A DNA stretch of 64,000 nucleotides from Azolla caroliniana (GCA_043228905.1 JBHGNT010000003.1:682001-746000), one strand, 5' to 3'; shown: positions 48,104 through 61,957, counted from the stretch's first letter. A program made the numbers and translations. Notes: generated by a model from the sequence alone, not told the origin.

Positions 48104-51100
48104 GTCCAGCCAAAATAGGAGCCATTTGGTTGGACAGCAGCCCTAGATCTGTACAGCCCATTAGTGGTTCCATTCCTTCCAAGCAAGTTAGCAATGTGTT
48201 CCTAGCCCAAGTCATTGTTAGTACTAAAAGTACTCCCCCAGTACCCGTCCTAGCACTTTTAGATTCCGGAGCTAATTCCTGTTTCATGGATCGAAATTTT
48301 GCCCAAGCTTCTCAGATATCCTTAAGAAAACTTCCTTGTCCCGCATCTGTAGTGGTCATTGATGGTCGTCCCATTGCTTCCGGGAATATTGTAGAAGAAT
48401 CAGAACCCATTCAAGTTGTCCTAGGTAGTTTTGTGTGTATAATATCATTTAATATAATTAGTAGTCCAGAGCATCCCATTGTCCTAGGATTACCTTGGCT
48501 TGAATTACATAATCCAGCCATAGATTGGAGAACAAGAGAAGTCTGATATCGACCACCCCAAGAATCAACTCACCGAGTTTCGACCATTTCACTCCATCAA
48601 CTACGCGAAGAAGGACCCAAGGAGGCAATGTTCCTATTTGCCATATCAGTACATCCTTCTAGCACTATTAAGAAGGTCTCCTCAATACAACTTCCGGCAA
48701 AATATCATCCTTATGCCGATGTATTTGACAAGGTAAAAGCCGGTACCCTTCCTCATCACCGTCCCTATGACTGTCCCATCGATTTACAACCAGGAACCGA
48801 GCCACCATGGGGACCAATTTACAACTTGTCACCCACCGAGTTAGAAGTCCTTCGAGCCTACATAGAGGAGAACTTGGCAAGCGGGTTCATCCGTCATTCG
48901 AAATCTCCGGCTGGTGCACCCATCTTCTTTGTCAAGAAGAAAGATGGCTCACTTCGTCTTGTCGTTGATTACCGCGGATTGAATAAAGTCACCATCCGGA
49001 ATAGGTATGCACTTCCTCTTATATCAAGTCTTTTAGAGCGAGTTAATGGTGCCAAGTTTTTTACTAAAATCGACCTACGAGGAGCGTATAATCTCGTGCG
49101 GATCCGACCGGGAGATGAGTGGAAAACCGCTTTTCGCACGCGGTATGGGCATTTCGAGTATACTGTTATGCCGTTTGGCCTAACCAATGCACCCGCAGTC
49201 TTCCAACACATGGCAAATGATATATTCAGAGACCTCTTGGATATCTGTTTGATCATTTATCTGGATGATCTGTTGATTTATTCGAAGACCCAGGAAGAGC
49301 ACGATTCTCATGTACTATTAGTACTAAAGCGACTCCGCGAGAATGGTCTTTATGCCAAGCTAGAGAAATGTAGCTTTGACTGCAAGCAAGTGGAATTTCT
49401 AGGCTACGTCATCTCCTCAAAGGGCATCGCCATGGATCCAGCTAAAATCCAAACTGTACTAGAGTGGCAAATTCCACGGTCGGTACGAGATGTACAATGT
49501 TTTCTAGGCTTTGCTAACTTCTACCGTAAGTTTATACAGGATTACTCGAAGATTATTTTACCTCTCACACAACTTACGAAGAAGGGCCAAGCATTTCTTT
49601 GGTCCATCGAAGCAGATATGGCTTTTTGGCATCTTAAGAAAGCCTTTACATCAGCACCGATTCTAGCTCATGTGGATACAAGCAAACCATTCATCATGGA
49701 GGCCGACGCATCAGATTTCGCCCTCGGTAGCATCCTTTCTCAACAAGGCGATAAAGAAGAGTTGCATCCGGTGGCTTTCCATTCGCGCAAATTCAATGTC
49801 GCAGAAATCAACTACGAAATACATGACAAGGAGTTATTAGCCATCGTGGATTCATTTGTACAATGGCGGCATTTCTTAGAGGGCTCTCCACATCAGGTCA
49901 TTGTCTTTAGCGATCATAAAAATCTTGCTTATTTTCAGAACGCTCGCGTACTAAATCGACGGCAAGCTCGGTGGGCGCAATTCCTCACGCGTTTCAACTT
50001 CAAAATCACATATCGACCGGGGAAGCAGCAAGGAAAAGCAGATGCACTATCACGGCGTTCATATCTTGCACCTCGTCCTGGTGACGCAACATTTGATAAT
50101 CAAAAGCAAGTAATCTTGGGACCAACACGATTGCACACGACGCGGATTTTTCACACCCCGATGGATTCATGGATTACCGATGACATACGTGCAACCTTGA
50201 AGACGGATAGTTTTGCTCAAGACATCCTGGCGCACATTGATACTTCTCGGGCATCCTGTTCTCAGTCTCAACAACCAGGTATTGACTACTGACAATTCGA
50301 ATATCATGATGGTTTGTTATTCTTTAAAAAGCGCGTATATGTCCCCGATTGCTCCGGTCGCCTTCAAATCGTCCAACATTGTCACGACACCCATACGGCG
50401 GGACATTTCGGTAGTACCAAGACGTTGGAGTTAGTGCAGCGATCTTTTTGGTGGCCCCACATGCGCTGTTTTGTCGACGACTATGTTCGGACCTGTGATG
50501 CTTGCTGCCGAGCAAAGATGCCACGACACTATCCATATGGCTTGTTGGAACCTTTACCAATTCCAAGTAAGCCATGGCAGTCTATTTGTCTTGATTTTAT
50601 TACAGATCTGCCGGTCTCGAAGGGGTTCGATGCTATCCTAACCGTCGTTGATCGATATACGAAGATGGCACATTTTGTGCCATGTACTAAAGCCATCACT
50701 AGCGAGGAAACCGCCGCTCTTGTTATGCGTGAGGTATTTCGGCATCATGGCCTACCAGACAGTATTATCAGTGACCGAGGCCCGCAATTTGTCTCCAAAT
50801 TTTGGCAGCATCTCTTCAGGATGCTCAAGGTCTCCTGCAACCTCTCCTCCGGCTACCATCCTCAAACTGACGGACAGGCGGAACAAACAAATCAAACGTT
50901 GGAGCAATATCTCCGGTGTTTCCTGAGTTATCAACAGGACGATTGGGCCGAGATTCTCCACTTTGCGGAGTTTGCGTATAATAATGCTATTCACTCCTCG
51001 ACTCGGGTCTCCCCATTTCTCGCTTATACCGGTTTCCATCCTCGCTGGTCGGTGATCGACACTCCGGAGCTACCTACCAACCCTCGTGCCGAGGACCATT

Positions 51101-51601
51101 TGGAGAGGCTACGCAAGATCCAGATGGATCTCTCTACTCACCTTCGTCATGCTCAACACACACAGAAGACTTATGCGGATCGTCATCGGATTCCCTCCTC
51201 TTTTGCCATCGGAGACCGAGTGCGACAAGTTGGATTATCGACGACTCGGTCCTTTCCGTATTACGGGGAAGATTAATGATGTCACCTTCCGCCTGGATCT
51301 CCCTCCGCAGCTTCAGATACATCCGGTTTTCCATTGTTCTCTTCTTGAACCTTATAAAGCAAACACCATTCCCGATCGTGTGACACCACCGCCGCCCCCG
51401 CTGGAGTTGGACGACGGCCCGGAGTATGAAGTTGCTGCCATCCTCGATTCCAAACTTGTTCGCAACAAACTTTATTACTTGGTCGATTGGCTCGGTTATA
51501 GTCCGAGCGAACGTACTTGGGAACCCGTCGAGAATGTTGCCAATGCACAAGATCTTCTTGCTGATTTTCACCGAAAGTATCCGGACAAACCCGGTCCGTA
51601 G
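48088..51601 (+). pseudogene. pol: Tcn1-like pol in the -1 frame (PR, RT, RH, INT, chromodomain); stops at 48544 and 50290, small deletion at ~51222
   Basis: [47 protein letters not shown] and the chromodomain. Confidence 0.92.
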
Positions 51602-52076
51602 TTAGCGCCGACTCGTTCCACTCGTCGTCTTTAAGGGGGAGATAGTGTCATGGCAAGACTCGAACCCATGACTTTATGCTACATGGGTCGAGCTCTTACC
51701 ATTAGATTAGGAATTGTATTTTGTAGGATATTATTTTCATTTATACTTTATCATAGAAAATTGATGTATATTCCAGATCTCTCTGGAACATTCTAGAAGC
51801 TTCAAGATTATTCCTAAAAACACTATAAAAGGAGGCACAAGGCATTGTTTTGAACCAAATTGGTTCAACGCCAGTCTTAAGCCTCTTAGCCGCTTGTACT
51901 TATCTTTTCACATAATATATAGCTGCTGTCATCATCTCTCTCACTCTCGCTATCTCTCTCTTTCTCCTCTTCTCACTTCCTCTCTCGGGAATCTTACGCA
52001 GTCCCGTCCTCTTAGTACTAATAGTACTGTTGTTCTTAGTACTAATTCCATCTCTGTTTTAGTACTATTCCTGACA

Positions 52077-55000
52077 GCGACGACATCCAACACTCCATCT
52101 GTGAACGGAAGTGGAAACGCATCCGTTACCGTAGCTGCATTGAGTTTCCTGTAGTCCACACAAACTCGAAATTTTCCGTTCTTCTTCGGTACGACTACGA
52201 TCGGGCTCAGCCATGTCGCTTTCTTTACCGGACGGATAAAGCCAACTCTTAGCAGTTTGTCGATTTCCTCCTTGACTTTGGCGGCATAATTGGGATTCAT
52301 CCGGTACCGTCTTTGTGCCACTGGTTTTGCGTCCTTGCTCAAGTGAGGGTCGAGTCCTCGCATGTCTTCATATGACCAGGCGAACACATCGCGAAATTTC
52401 GTGAGAAGTGTGATCATCACCGTTTTGTCTTCGGACTTCATCTCCTTGGCGATGTGCACCGGTTTTGCTACGTCTGTGGTCCCTAGGTTCACGTCTTCTA
52501 GTTGCGATGCTTTTACGCATTGTGAAACGGCCATTTCCCGTTCCAACGCTTCCTACGCTTGCCGTAACTCCCGGATTGCGTCTTTATCCGGTTCTGCTTC
52601 AGCCTCTTCCGGTTGCGGTAAGTATGGTGCTACTGCTTCAGCAATGTCAATTTCGAAGAGGGGTATGATCTTCGGGTTTTCCTGCAAGTACTGAGCTTCT
52701 TCTTCGTCAGCTAACCCTTCTTGCATGTTGATGCACTCTGCATACAACGGTGTACATTCCTTGCCAGTGCTCGTCCTTGGCTGTGTTGGTACCCGTACCT
52801 TGGCTTTTCCTCGCCGAAAGGTAATTATATTTTTCCTCAAATTCTGTTTGATATGTGCCGCTTTCAACCACGGCCGCCCCAGCAATAGCGGGTATGCGCC
52901 TTGTGCCTGTAATTGTAGCACTACTGCCGAGATGTGAAATGTATGACCGCCCACGGTGACTTCTAATTTCCGTATTAATCCTGTCGGCCGCACTGAGCTT
53001 GTATCGGCCATCCGCAACCAGAACGGACACGGCTCCCACTCGTGGATTCCTAGGGCATCACACATCCGGAGGCTTATTACATTCACCCCAGAGCCTCCGT
53101 CTATAACTGTGCCGGGGAGTTCTTTCCCTTTTACAATGGCAGTGATTACCGGACTGTTGGTGTCCACCACCGTTGGTCCCTCCTCCGGATTCGAGAAGAG
53201 TACCGGTGCCGGTGATGATTCTCCTGCCGTCATGGCCGTCTTCAGTCCTTCCGTGAATCTTGGCACGAGTTGCAGGAGTCTTCCTAGTGGCAGCGTAATT
53301 TGGCATTCTTGCAACGCCTACCATGTCTCGTTCTCGGAGTGACTGCCGCCGGCAAGCCCTACGGTGTTCTCCTTTTGCCGTTGTAAGTCTGTGACATTCT
53401 TCTTGTTTGCTTTCTTCACCCATTCCATTGCTTGTTTCCGGATGGTCTCCTGCGTCTCCCATTCCTTGGCCATGCCCTTCGATCTTGTGGTCACCTGCTG
53501 CAGATCTGCCACCTCAGGGACTACCATATTTACCGCCGGTCGTTTTTTATAGCTCTTCACCGGGCATTGATTACTATAATGGCCTTCCTGTCGGCAGTAG
53601 TAGCAGTAGGCTTTCCGGGTATTGCTGGATTCGGCATTGTCTGTTGTACCCGAGGCAGGTCCTGTGGTACGCGCTGGGTTTTGGGCCGGTTGGCTGCTTG
53701 AAGCTCCTTGTTCCGGATCCCGTGGGTAGCCGCCTTTTTTGAAATGTCGTTTTTTGTTATAGCTCTTCTTATTGCGGTACTCTTGACAGGGTTGCCCGTT
53801 ATATCTGTCGTATTCCTCCCGTTGCTGATGATACCCGGGGGAGTGCTCCCAGTCGTAATGTTCGTACCGTCTATTGTAATCCCGGTACCGATCATGCCGG
53901 TCATAGTTATCCCGCCGATCACCGTACCGGACATCATTCTCCCGTCGATCGCCATACTAGACATCCTATGCCGGTCAGTCGCAGTCCATTCACCGCCAAC
54001 GTTCCTCTTCTTCATCCTGGCTGCTGCGTGGCTCAATTTGTCGGACGGGCGGTGCTTGCCGATTCAATAGATTATACTCGCACCTATCTGTCGTATGGCC
54101 CTTGGATTGACAAATTACACATTGCGTCCTCATAGTGCATTCTACAGCCGAGTGTCTGGAATTCAAGCAGGTTGTGCACTGTATTGCTTGCCGAAACTGG
54201 AGGTCTTCATCAAACGGTAACGCCCGTTGGAGTGCTCCTAGTGTCAGCCAGGAGCTTGTCTTTTCCTTCTCTCTCACCCGGTTAATGACCTGGTCGATGG
54301 TACTTGTGCGGAAGTCGATTACCGTGCAAACCGTGCGTAGGGGTTCCTGGAGCGCATTTAGGAATATAGTCCGTAATTCCTCCTCCAGGGGTGCGCGGGC
54401 AAGCTGACTATGCATCCGTTGAAACCGGATGACAAACTGGGGAACGCTCTCCCCTGCTTCCTATCGGATGGTATAAAATAAGCCTACCATTACGGTCTGG
54501 TCCACCTCCTTTTGGAAAAAATGCAAGAATTTAGCTTTTAAATCTGCAAAGGTGTTGATGGTAGACGGGTCCTGCGTCCGGCGCCATCTTGCTGCCGATC
54601 CCTCCAATGTGACGCCAAATTCCGCTATCTTAGAGCGTTCCTCCTCATCCGGGGTCAATCGCTGGGACACATGGTTGGCTTCCCATGTCTGTTCAAAGGC
54701 GTGCACATGAGCTTCCGCGTCCGGATCATCTATATACTTGGAGTACTGGAACGGCATGTTGTCGTCCGGTATTGGTGCGCGGGCTGGCAGTGTTGGTGCT
54801 CGTTTCGGGATTTTCTCCGGCGTCGGTGGTCTTTCCCGATTTGTTTCCGGCGTCAGTGGTTTTTCCTCTTCTTTTGGTGACGGAGGCCTCTCCTCTTCGA
54901 CTTCCGGTGTCGGAGGTCACTCTTCCTCTGCTGGTTCCGGGGGTTCCAGCATTAGCACTTCCGGTTCTGGTGTCGGTAAGGTATCTGATCCTTCGTCCTC

Positions 55001-55325
55001 CGGTCCGCCAGGGGTTTCGTTGTTGCGACGGTAGTTCGTGTGCACGTTGTATTCCCCTTCGGAGTCTGATTCATACGCTGAAAAGGCTTCTGCTTCGCCT
55101 TCTCCGTTTGTCCCGGAGGTTGCTTAGGCTACTGTCGTCGTCCGGGTGCGATGTTTGCTGTAACCAGAGGGAGTCCTCCGCTACTCTCTGGATTACGTTG
55201 GAAAACGAGCGATCCGCTCTAATTTCCTGCGCCGTTTGCTGCAAAGCCTCACGTCTCCTTTGCCTTTCGGCAAGGCGTCGAGTTCGATCTGTAATCAGGT
55301 CGTGCGTTGATCTAGTCATCCATCC
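52077..55325 (-). pseudogene. gag-pol: Z gag, protease and RT N-terminal part (fragmented)
   Basis: CTTCLNSRHSAVEC, VIDGGSGVN and WLSPIVVVPKKNGK..CVDYRKLN..FPLP. Confidence 0.88.
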
Positions 55326-55804
55326 GTGCCGTCGTTCACTGCAAAAACAAGAATCGTGGTCGCCAAAAACTGTGTTAACTCTTAGGGCCGGACAATGGCC
55401 TAACACAAGGTGTCTACGGAAGACACTTCACCAAAGGGTGTTACGGCAACAGGATTAGACTCAACGATCAATCCGACTTAATTAGGTTACTTAGCATGAT
55501 TGTCTTTAATAATCACACGCGTAAGATATAACAATGAATGCAGAACGGCAATTAACACAGAGAGATAACGACACTAAGCTTTATTAATTAACTGCTATTC
55601 ATTACAAAACGGTGCCATCCGCACTTCTTCGGGATCGGTTCGGATCCGGAACGGCATACCGATTCCGGTCCGTCCGTCCACATCATCCATGTAAGAGCCG
55701 ATTCATGCGCCTTTTTCTCTGATTCCGCCTATGGCTGGTTTTCTTCACGACATCCACCCCCACCAAACTGCGCATCCACCGGCATGCGCCAGAGACGGTT
55801 TTCT

Positions 55805-58790
55805 TCACTTGTCGCTCTCCGATTCTCCGCCGGGCCCGAACCGATCGTCGTCGTCGCTCTCGCTCACCGGCTCCGGCTCGTCTTCGAACCGCCTCTTGAA
55901 CGCTTTGATCTGCTTCCCGGCCACCAGTATTTCTAACCGTGTCCCTTCGAGTTCCGCGAGGTGGTACGTGCCATTGTCGTTCGCGCTCGTCACCGTGTAG
56001 GGCCCGAACCATCTCCTAGCGAACTTTTGCACCGCCTTGTGCTGATTGTCGAGGCTGCTGTCGTATACCAAGACCCAGTCACCTTCCTCGATCTTCTTTG
56101 GTCGCAACCGGTGCGTCCGGTTGAACCGGGTCTTGTTCTGCTCCCTTGCCGCCCGCAGTTTTTTCTCCGCCCGTTTCATGTCCTCTAGCCTCCGCTCGAG
56201 TTGCTGAATCCGCGCCGCCAGCAACTCCTCCCGGCTCATCTCGTCCTTCCAATCTACCGCCGCCCATGAAGAAACCGTCTGTTCCACCATCATGATCGAC
56301 TTTTGTCCGTACATCAGCTCTGCCGGCATAAACCCTGTCACTGAACTGTGCGTAGTTCGGTCCGCCCATAGTGCGTAAGGAAGGAGCCGCGGCCAATTCC
56401 CGACCTGCCCTCCGCATGCACGCACCAACGCCTTTATGATCGGCCCGTGCCCACGTTCTCCCTTCCCATTCGCCTCCGGATTGTACGCCGTAGTGAGGGA
56501 TAGTTTGACCCCTAGCCGGTCGAACAACTCCTCAACTTCCCGCGCATCCAGCTCTCCCCGGTCCGCCACGATCCTCCCGACGCACCCGTACTGACACACT
56601 ACCTCTTCGATCAGGAACCGGCATACCGCCGCGGTTGTCTTGTTCTGCAGCGCACGGCCTTCCACCTGGTTCGTTAAGTCTTCCCGCGCAAGCACCAGGT
56701 ATCGCATCTGTCCTACTCCCATCGGCATCGTCACCAAGTCCACCATCCACTTGAAATGGACCGCAAGCGGGTAAGTCGGGTGTAGCTCGTCCCGATGTCG
56801 GACTACGGAGTGCATCTGATAGCTCTTGCAAGTCGTTACGAACCGATGCACGTCCTAGTATAGCCCCGACCACCAGTACTTCTCCTTCAGCTTCTCGAAT
56901 GTGGCCCATGTTCCGCGGTGCCCGGCCTAGGGACTCTCGTGAAATGCCGCCAGTAGTTCCTCCTGTTCTTCTTTCTTTACCACTATCGGAGCGGGATGCC
57001 GTTTCTTTTCTTTGGGTGCCTTCATATGCACCCGTCCCGCAAGAAGAATCGGTACGCCTTCTTCCGTACCCGGCTCGCCTCTTCTCTCGTCCACGCTGCG
57101 TCCGGTTTCATCACCCGTAGGAACCTCCCGATTTGGAGCCACTCCCCGTCGTACCCGCTTTCGTCAAATTCGTTAAGTGCCGGAGTGTCCCTTTTCCTCG
57201 TCGTCACATTAGCCGACCCGAAGAAGTCCTCGCCGACTTCTTCGTCATCCGAAACCATGCCGTCTTCGTCGTTGAACGTTGCTCTCGAAAGCATGTCGGC
57301 CATGGCGTTATCCTTTCCGGAGATGTGACGTATCTCCGGGTTTAGGGACTTAATGTACGCTATCCACCGGAGCATTGCTAGGTCCGGCGTCGCGCATCCG
57401 GAAACCATGCCGAGTATCGGCAGGCAGTTTGTCTCGATTGTTGCCTCCGTCCCGATCAGGTAGTCCCTGTCGGCCTTGACTGCCGAAACGATACCCCATA
57501 GTTCGCGCTTGACTTGGGCATATCCTCGTTGTCGCTCGCTCAATACCGTCGCCCCAAACCAGATCGGGAACCGTGCGTCATCCTTGTCCTCTTGGTTGAT
57601 CACCCACCCGATCCCGGTCGGGCTCATGTCCACCATTACGTAGATGGGGACCCCCTTACTGTAAACTGCTTTACGGAGAGTTGGCGCTACCGTAAGCGCC
57701 TCCTTTAGTCTCTGGACCGACTCCGTGTGCTCCGTCCTCCACTCAAAGCTACGCCCCTTTTTCAATAGTCCGTAGAGGGGTTCCGCGACATGTGCGTAGT
57801 GCGGGATCTAGATGTGGTAGAACGCGCATGCTCCCAAGAATCGGCGGACCTCCGTGACCGACCCGCAATCGTTCCTCATCGCGGAGATGGCCTCTACCTT
57901 TGCCGGAGACGGTTTCCTACCGTAAGGCCCGCACAGGTGCCCGACCACCAAGATCTCTGATTGCCCATCTCCACCTTTTGCTTTAGAAGCTCCATCAACT
58001 TCGAGATGTGAACTCTCAACACCGGAATCAGTTTGAGATTCCACGGTACATGCGGTACCGTGAAGATCACCATCGGTTCGACGATCGTCGGGTCCACGCA
58101 CCTGATCTCCTCCAGCGAGAACGCGAAGGCTTTCCCATGCCTTTTGAGCATTCTCCGAAACCTATCCTCCTCCGCCGGCAGTAGAAAGCCACCCCCACCG
58201 ACCTTGAGCTCCCGTAGCATTATGTCGGTGAACCGGTGCTTTATGCCAGCCGGATTTCGTAAACTTGGGTCCGACGCGACCCCTTTTATCCGCTCCTCGT
58301 TGCCCTCTGGCAATGGTGTCGCGATTGGCCTCACCTTCCGGTCCACAGTCTTGTACTTTGTATCCACACGGGCCGTTCGATCCGACCTGATCCTTTCCCC
58401 GAAGTCCGTGATGACTTCGTACATTCCCATCGAACTAACCGGAACGGTCCGGTCTTCTCTAAGGTCTTCATCGATCACCTTTCATAACTCGCCCAAGGTG
58501 TCGTCAAAAGAGACCGCCTCCACGGCGCCGCTGATTTCTTCGTCGGGGGAGAGGACTCTGCATCCCCTGAGCCACTTCTCCGCTCGCTTCCTCTCCCGGC
58601 CGCTGACGCTGACTATAGTACAACCTCCGTTTTCGGAGAACCAAAACTTCCTACCTACTGTACATGTGTGGGGGTCTTCCGGTACTTCTCCACGGCCCCA
58701 CGCCTTGATAGCCCTCTCTAAAAATCCCCTCAGCTGTCACCGCCAAGGGTCTCGTGATTCCCCTCATGGTTCGGACATATGGTCATGAAT
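55805..58790 (-). pseudogene. pol: X pol: partial RT, RNase H and integrase
   Basis: VRRFLG, VDMSPTGIG..YAQVKRELWG..MADMLSR, WMVDL/VADRGE/YNPEANG and RWFGPY. No YxDD (deletion at ~57960). Confidence 0.85.
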
Positions 58791-58807
58791 TGGATGGAAT
58801 GCCGACC

Positions 58808-59456
58808 TGTTAGGGAATTGACGCTTTCAAACCTTCACCTCTCGGCCACAACCGAGGAAACACGGATCAATGCAGCAGTAACTCGACAACACAGAGAGAG
58901 ACTCGAATGCACAGGGTTTAGCGTGGAAAACCCTAGACGGGAAAAACCACGGGAGTGTAAGACTCCAACTATCACTATACGCAGGGAATGTACAATGGCG
59001 AGCTGCAAGGCGACGACCTTGAGCTCGTTGTCCTCGCCACAGGCGGCGGTATTACACAGAGGCGTCGACCTCTTCCTTTCTCTCTCTCTCTCACTCTCTC
59101 TCTCGGCTGTTCTCACTTCGCTCCCTCTAAGTGGAAAACAGAAAAATGAGCAACAACACCAAAACTGTTTGCCCTAAGTCATATTTATACACATATGACT
59201 TTCGGGCTATTTACAAATATAGCCTCAAGGGCCCTTGGCAAACATATTCACAAATATGTCCCCGCATCCGGATCTCTCTCCGGGTACATTCGTCATCCGG
59301 CTCTGTAGCCGGGGTCTTCATCATCCGGATCCGGAAACGGGTCTTCATCATCCGGCTCCGTAGCCGGGGTCTTCATCATCCGGATCCGGAACCGGGTCTT
59401 CATTCCCGATTCCCGGACATCCGACCATCCCATCCGGAGGGACCGTAATCCCAACA
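58808..59456 (-). mobile_element. Solo LTR related to 13507-14123, inserted just after the X protease
   Basis: TGTTAGGG..CCCAACA ends; shared GTGGAAAACCC..GGAAAAACCAC, CTATTTACAAATATAGCC and CCCATCCGGAGGGAC; flanks GACC/AACC; internal ~57-bp tandem repeat. Confidence 0.82.
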
Positions 59457-61203
59457 AACCGTCCTGGCTCTTGACGCGCGCGTATGCCGAACCGTTGTCC
59501 AGCACCTTCGTCTTCATGAGTGCTGCCGTAATGTATGGTTCGCCGAGAATCACAGGGTGCAAGGATGTTTCCTGCACGAAGAAATGTTGATCTATCTCGA
59601 CGTCACCGACCTTTACGCGTATATTCAGGCACGCACCATGCAGCTCCTCCGTAGCACGCGTCGCCGCGCGTATCTTCCACCCATGCTTGGTGTTGATCGG
59701 CCATTTACCCCTCTTGTAGAAATCCATGGACATTAGGTTGATTTCGGATCCCCGCTTGCTTCTTTCCGTCCGGCGCGCCTGGGTTGCCGGCACCGGTCGG
59801 TTTCAGTCCGAACCGGGTCTCGTACCTCTGTAGGGGACTAACCCCCCCCCCCCCCCCCCCCCCGGCCTTTCCTGCCTATTTGTCTTCCACCAGAACCTTG
59901 TAGTTCTGGCAAGCGGCTTCTACGAAGCCCGTTTTCTCTTCGACCGGATCATCCCATCCGGTGACCTCCTGGACCCGTTGTTCCGCGCGGTCCGCCTCTT
60001 CTTTCTTCAACCGAACTCCGGAGAGGCCTTCTAGCACTAGCGGCCAGAATCCAGAGTCCTTCACCTTCCAGGTCTCATAATCCCTGACCTGAATTCCCGC
60101 CGACATTGAGTAGTTAACGACTTCTACATGTCGTGCCGAGGCCTCTTCCATCAACCTCTTCATTCTTCCGCACCCCATATTTAGTTCTAGGGCTCTCCGA
60201 GTCTCGCTCGCGTGCACCCGCCCGTTCCAAAGGTACACCACGTTGGTCCTGAGCGCGTTGGCGAAATCCGCATAATCCTTCCGAATGGGATTGATCGCGT
60301 CACACCACATGCACCGCTGCCCAGCCGGCGGCCTCCAGTCGCGAGGTTGTTCACCGTTGTCTCTCCGTGCCTGTGCGATCTGCAGGTCGCGCACCATCTG
60401 TGTCAGCTCCTCTAGAGCCGCTCCTCCGAATGGGCCGCTGACCACGTCGTCCGATGCCGACCCTGACTCCAGCCAAATTCGGGTCTCTTCCTTCCTATCG
60501 GCTGGCACGATACTGGCTCCTCGAGCCTCCTCGTCGGGACCGGCCCTAACCCCGACGAGCTTTCATCGCTCCAATCGCGCCGTTTGTCGAATCGGCTGCA
60601 GACCCGTTTTACCACGACCCAGTTTGTCGTGAGCCCTTCGTCCGTTTACAATAGGGGGCCCACCTTTTCCCTGTCGAGCGCGCCCACCGACTTGACAAAC
60701 AGTAGTACTCGACTCGTTTTGAGCACGGTCTGGTCCAACGTCGATAGCCGCGCGAACCATTTTTCGAACTCCTAGAGGAGCGACGACGTGTTCCTCCCTT
60801 TTCCGGGGCTTTCGACCCATGCCATGAAGTCCCGCCTCGACAGCCGAAGCGAGTCGTCAAACCCATACTTCTCGAGGAGCTGCAGCTCGAACTCCTCCCA
60901 AGTCTGGCATCCGGCCAACACCTCGAGCACCTTTGCGTGGATGCTCGGCGTCACCACCCGAGGGAATCCGGACAGCTGCCTGTCCGCCGGGATATCCCTC
61001 ATGATCATTTCAGCCCGGTAAGCCTCCAAATAACTTATGGCGTCTTTCCCTCCGAACTGGCCTATAGTGCCAACGATCGATTCAATGGCTCTATCGAGGG
61101 TACCCGTCCCCTCACGAGCGCTTACCAGCCAGTCGACGGCCACCACCATTGCCTCTGCTAGCTCCGACCCCCTCATCTTCCGACTCCTTTGCCGCTTGTT
61201 CAC
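59457..61203 (-). pseudogene. gag: X gag and protease remnants
   Basis: ORFs 60772..61203, 59876..60508 (CMWCD knuckle remnant) and 59293..59793 (GSEINLM..VILGEP). Confidence 0.75.
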
Positions 61204-61285
61204 GTCGGGTTCACCAAAGATGTCGCGTTGTTACGCGCGTGCGTGTAGAAAGGGGCGGGACCACAGGGGCCTTGAACCGAGGAGC

Positions 61286-61318
<33 letters not shown>

Positions 61319-61957
61319 AGGAGAAGAGATTTGCAGATACGCAGAAGGGAGAAGGAAAGAGAAAGAAACGAAACACTTAGATACAATAACAGTCGATTAC
61401 AATATCAAGAGATTACAATGTCAAGAGATTACAAGCTCTGACGATTACAACCGGCAAGGCGGCGACGGACCCGACACGGGGATCCTACTCACGCACACAA
61501 ACAAAACACATTGGACCCTAAAAAAAAGAAGCGTAGAAGGGAGAGCCTCTACTGGTAGCGCACGGGCTACCCACGAAGCAGAGGCGTCGAACTCCCAGCA
61601 CCCACAGAGAATGACGATCGCAGGAGGAGAGAGAGCTCAACACTCGGTCCTGCAACACCCTTCCTCTCTAACGCGCGACGCCTTTTCCCTTTTTCCCCCT
61701 TCCTGAATAGTCCCTCCTTAAAAATAGTTTTTCCCAAAAAGGGGTGCCCCTTTCTCCCTATTCAAAACCGCTTTATTCCCTGTCCCTTTCGACAGAGATA
61801 TGCACAATCCCCTAATAAATGTACACTACCTAGTATTTACATCAGCCAACCTAATTATGAATCATGTACAAAATATCAATTTAGCGTCCACCCATGTAAG
61901 AGCCGGTTCATGCGCCTTTTTCTCCGATTCCGCCTATGGCTGGTTTTCTTCACGACA

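Larger units (their letters stand above)
46449..52076 (+). mobile_element. Young full-length Tcn1-like chromovirus inserted in the Z RT
   Basis: LTRs at 46449-46877 and 51646-52076 (1 substitution and a 2-bp indel seen), perfect TSD GCGAC, PPT at 51633-51645, type-I chromodomain (YEVAAILD..YLVDWLGY..TWEP). Confidence 0.96.
40831..55682 (-). mobile_element. Non-chromoviral Ty3/gypsy 'Z' (relative of Y) with an extra 3' ORF; 3' end missing
   Basis: 5' LTR at 55371-55682 (TGTG..CACA), PBS TGGCGACCAC at 55356-55365, then gag-PR-RT-RH-INT and the extra ORF. Confidence 0.9.
55683..61957 (-). mobile_element. tRNA-Trp-primed Ty3/gypsy 'X' (coding relative of W), decayed, RT core deleted
   Basis: 5' LTR at 61221-61957, PBS at 61199-61216, PPT at 55753-55764, first 70 bp of the 3' LTR at 55683-55752. 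LTR termini are shared with W. Confidence 0.88.

Noticed and set aside
59842-59863. 22-nt poly(C) run as a regulatory G-quadruplex
   Set aside because: Single occurrence in a decayed gag-protease junction; slippage or homopolymer error is equally likely.
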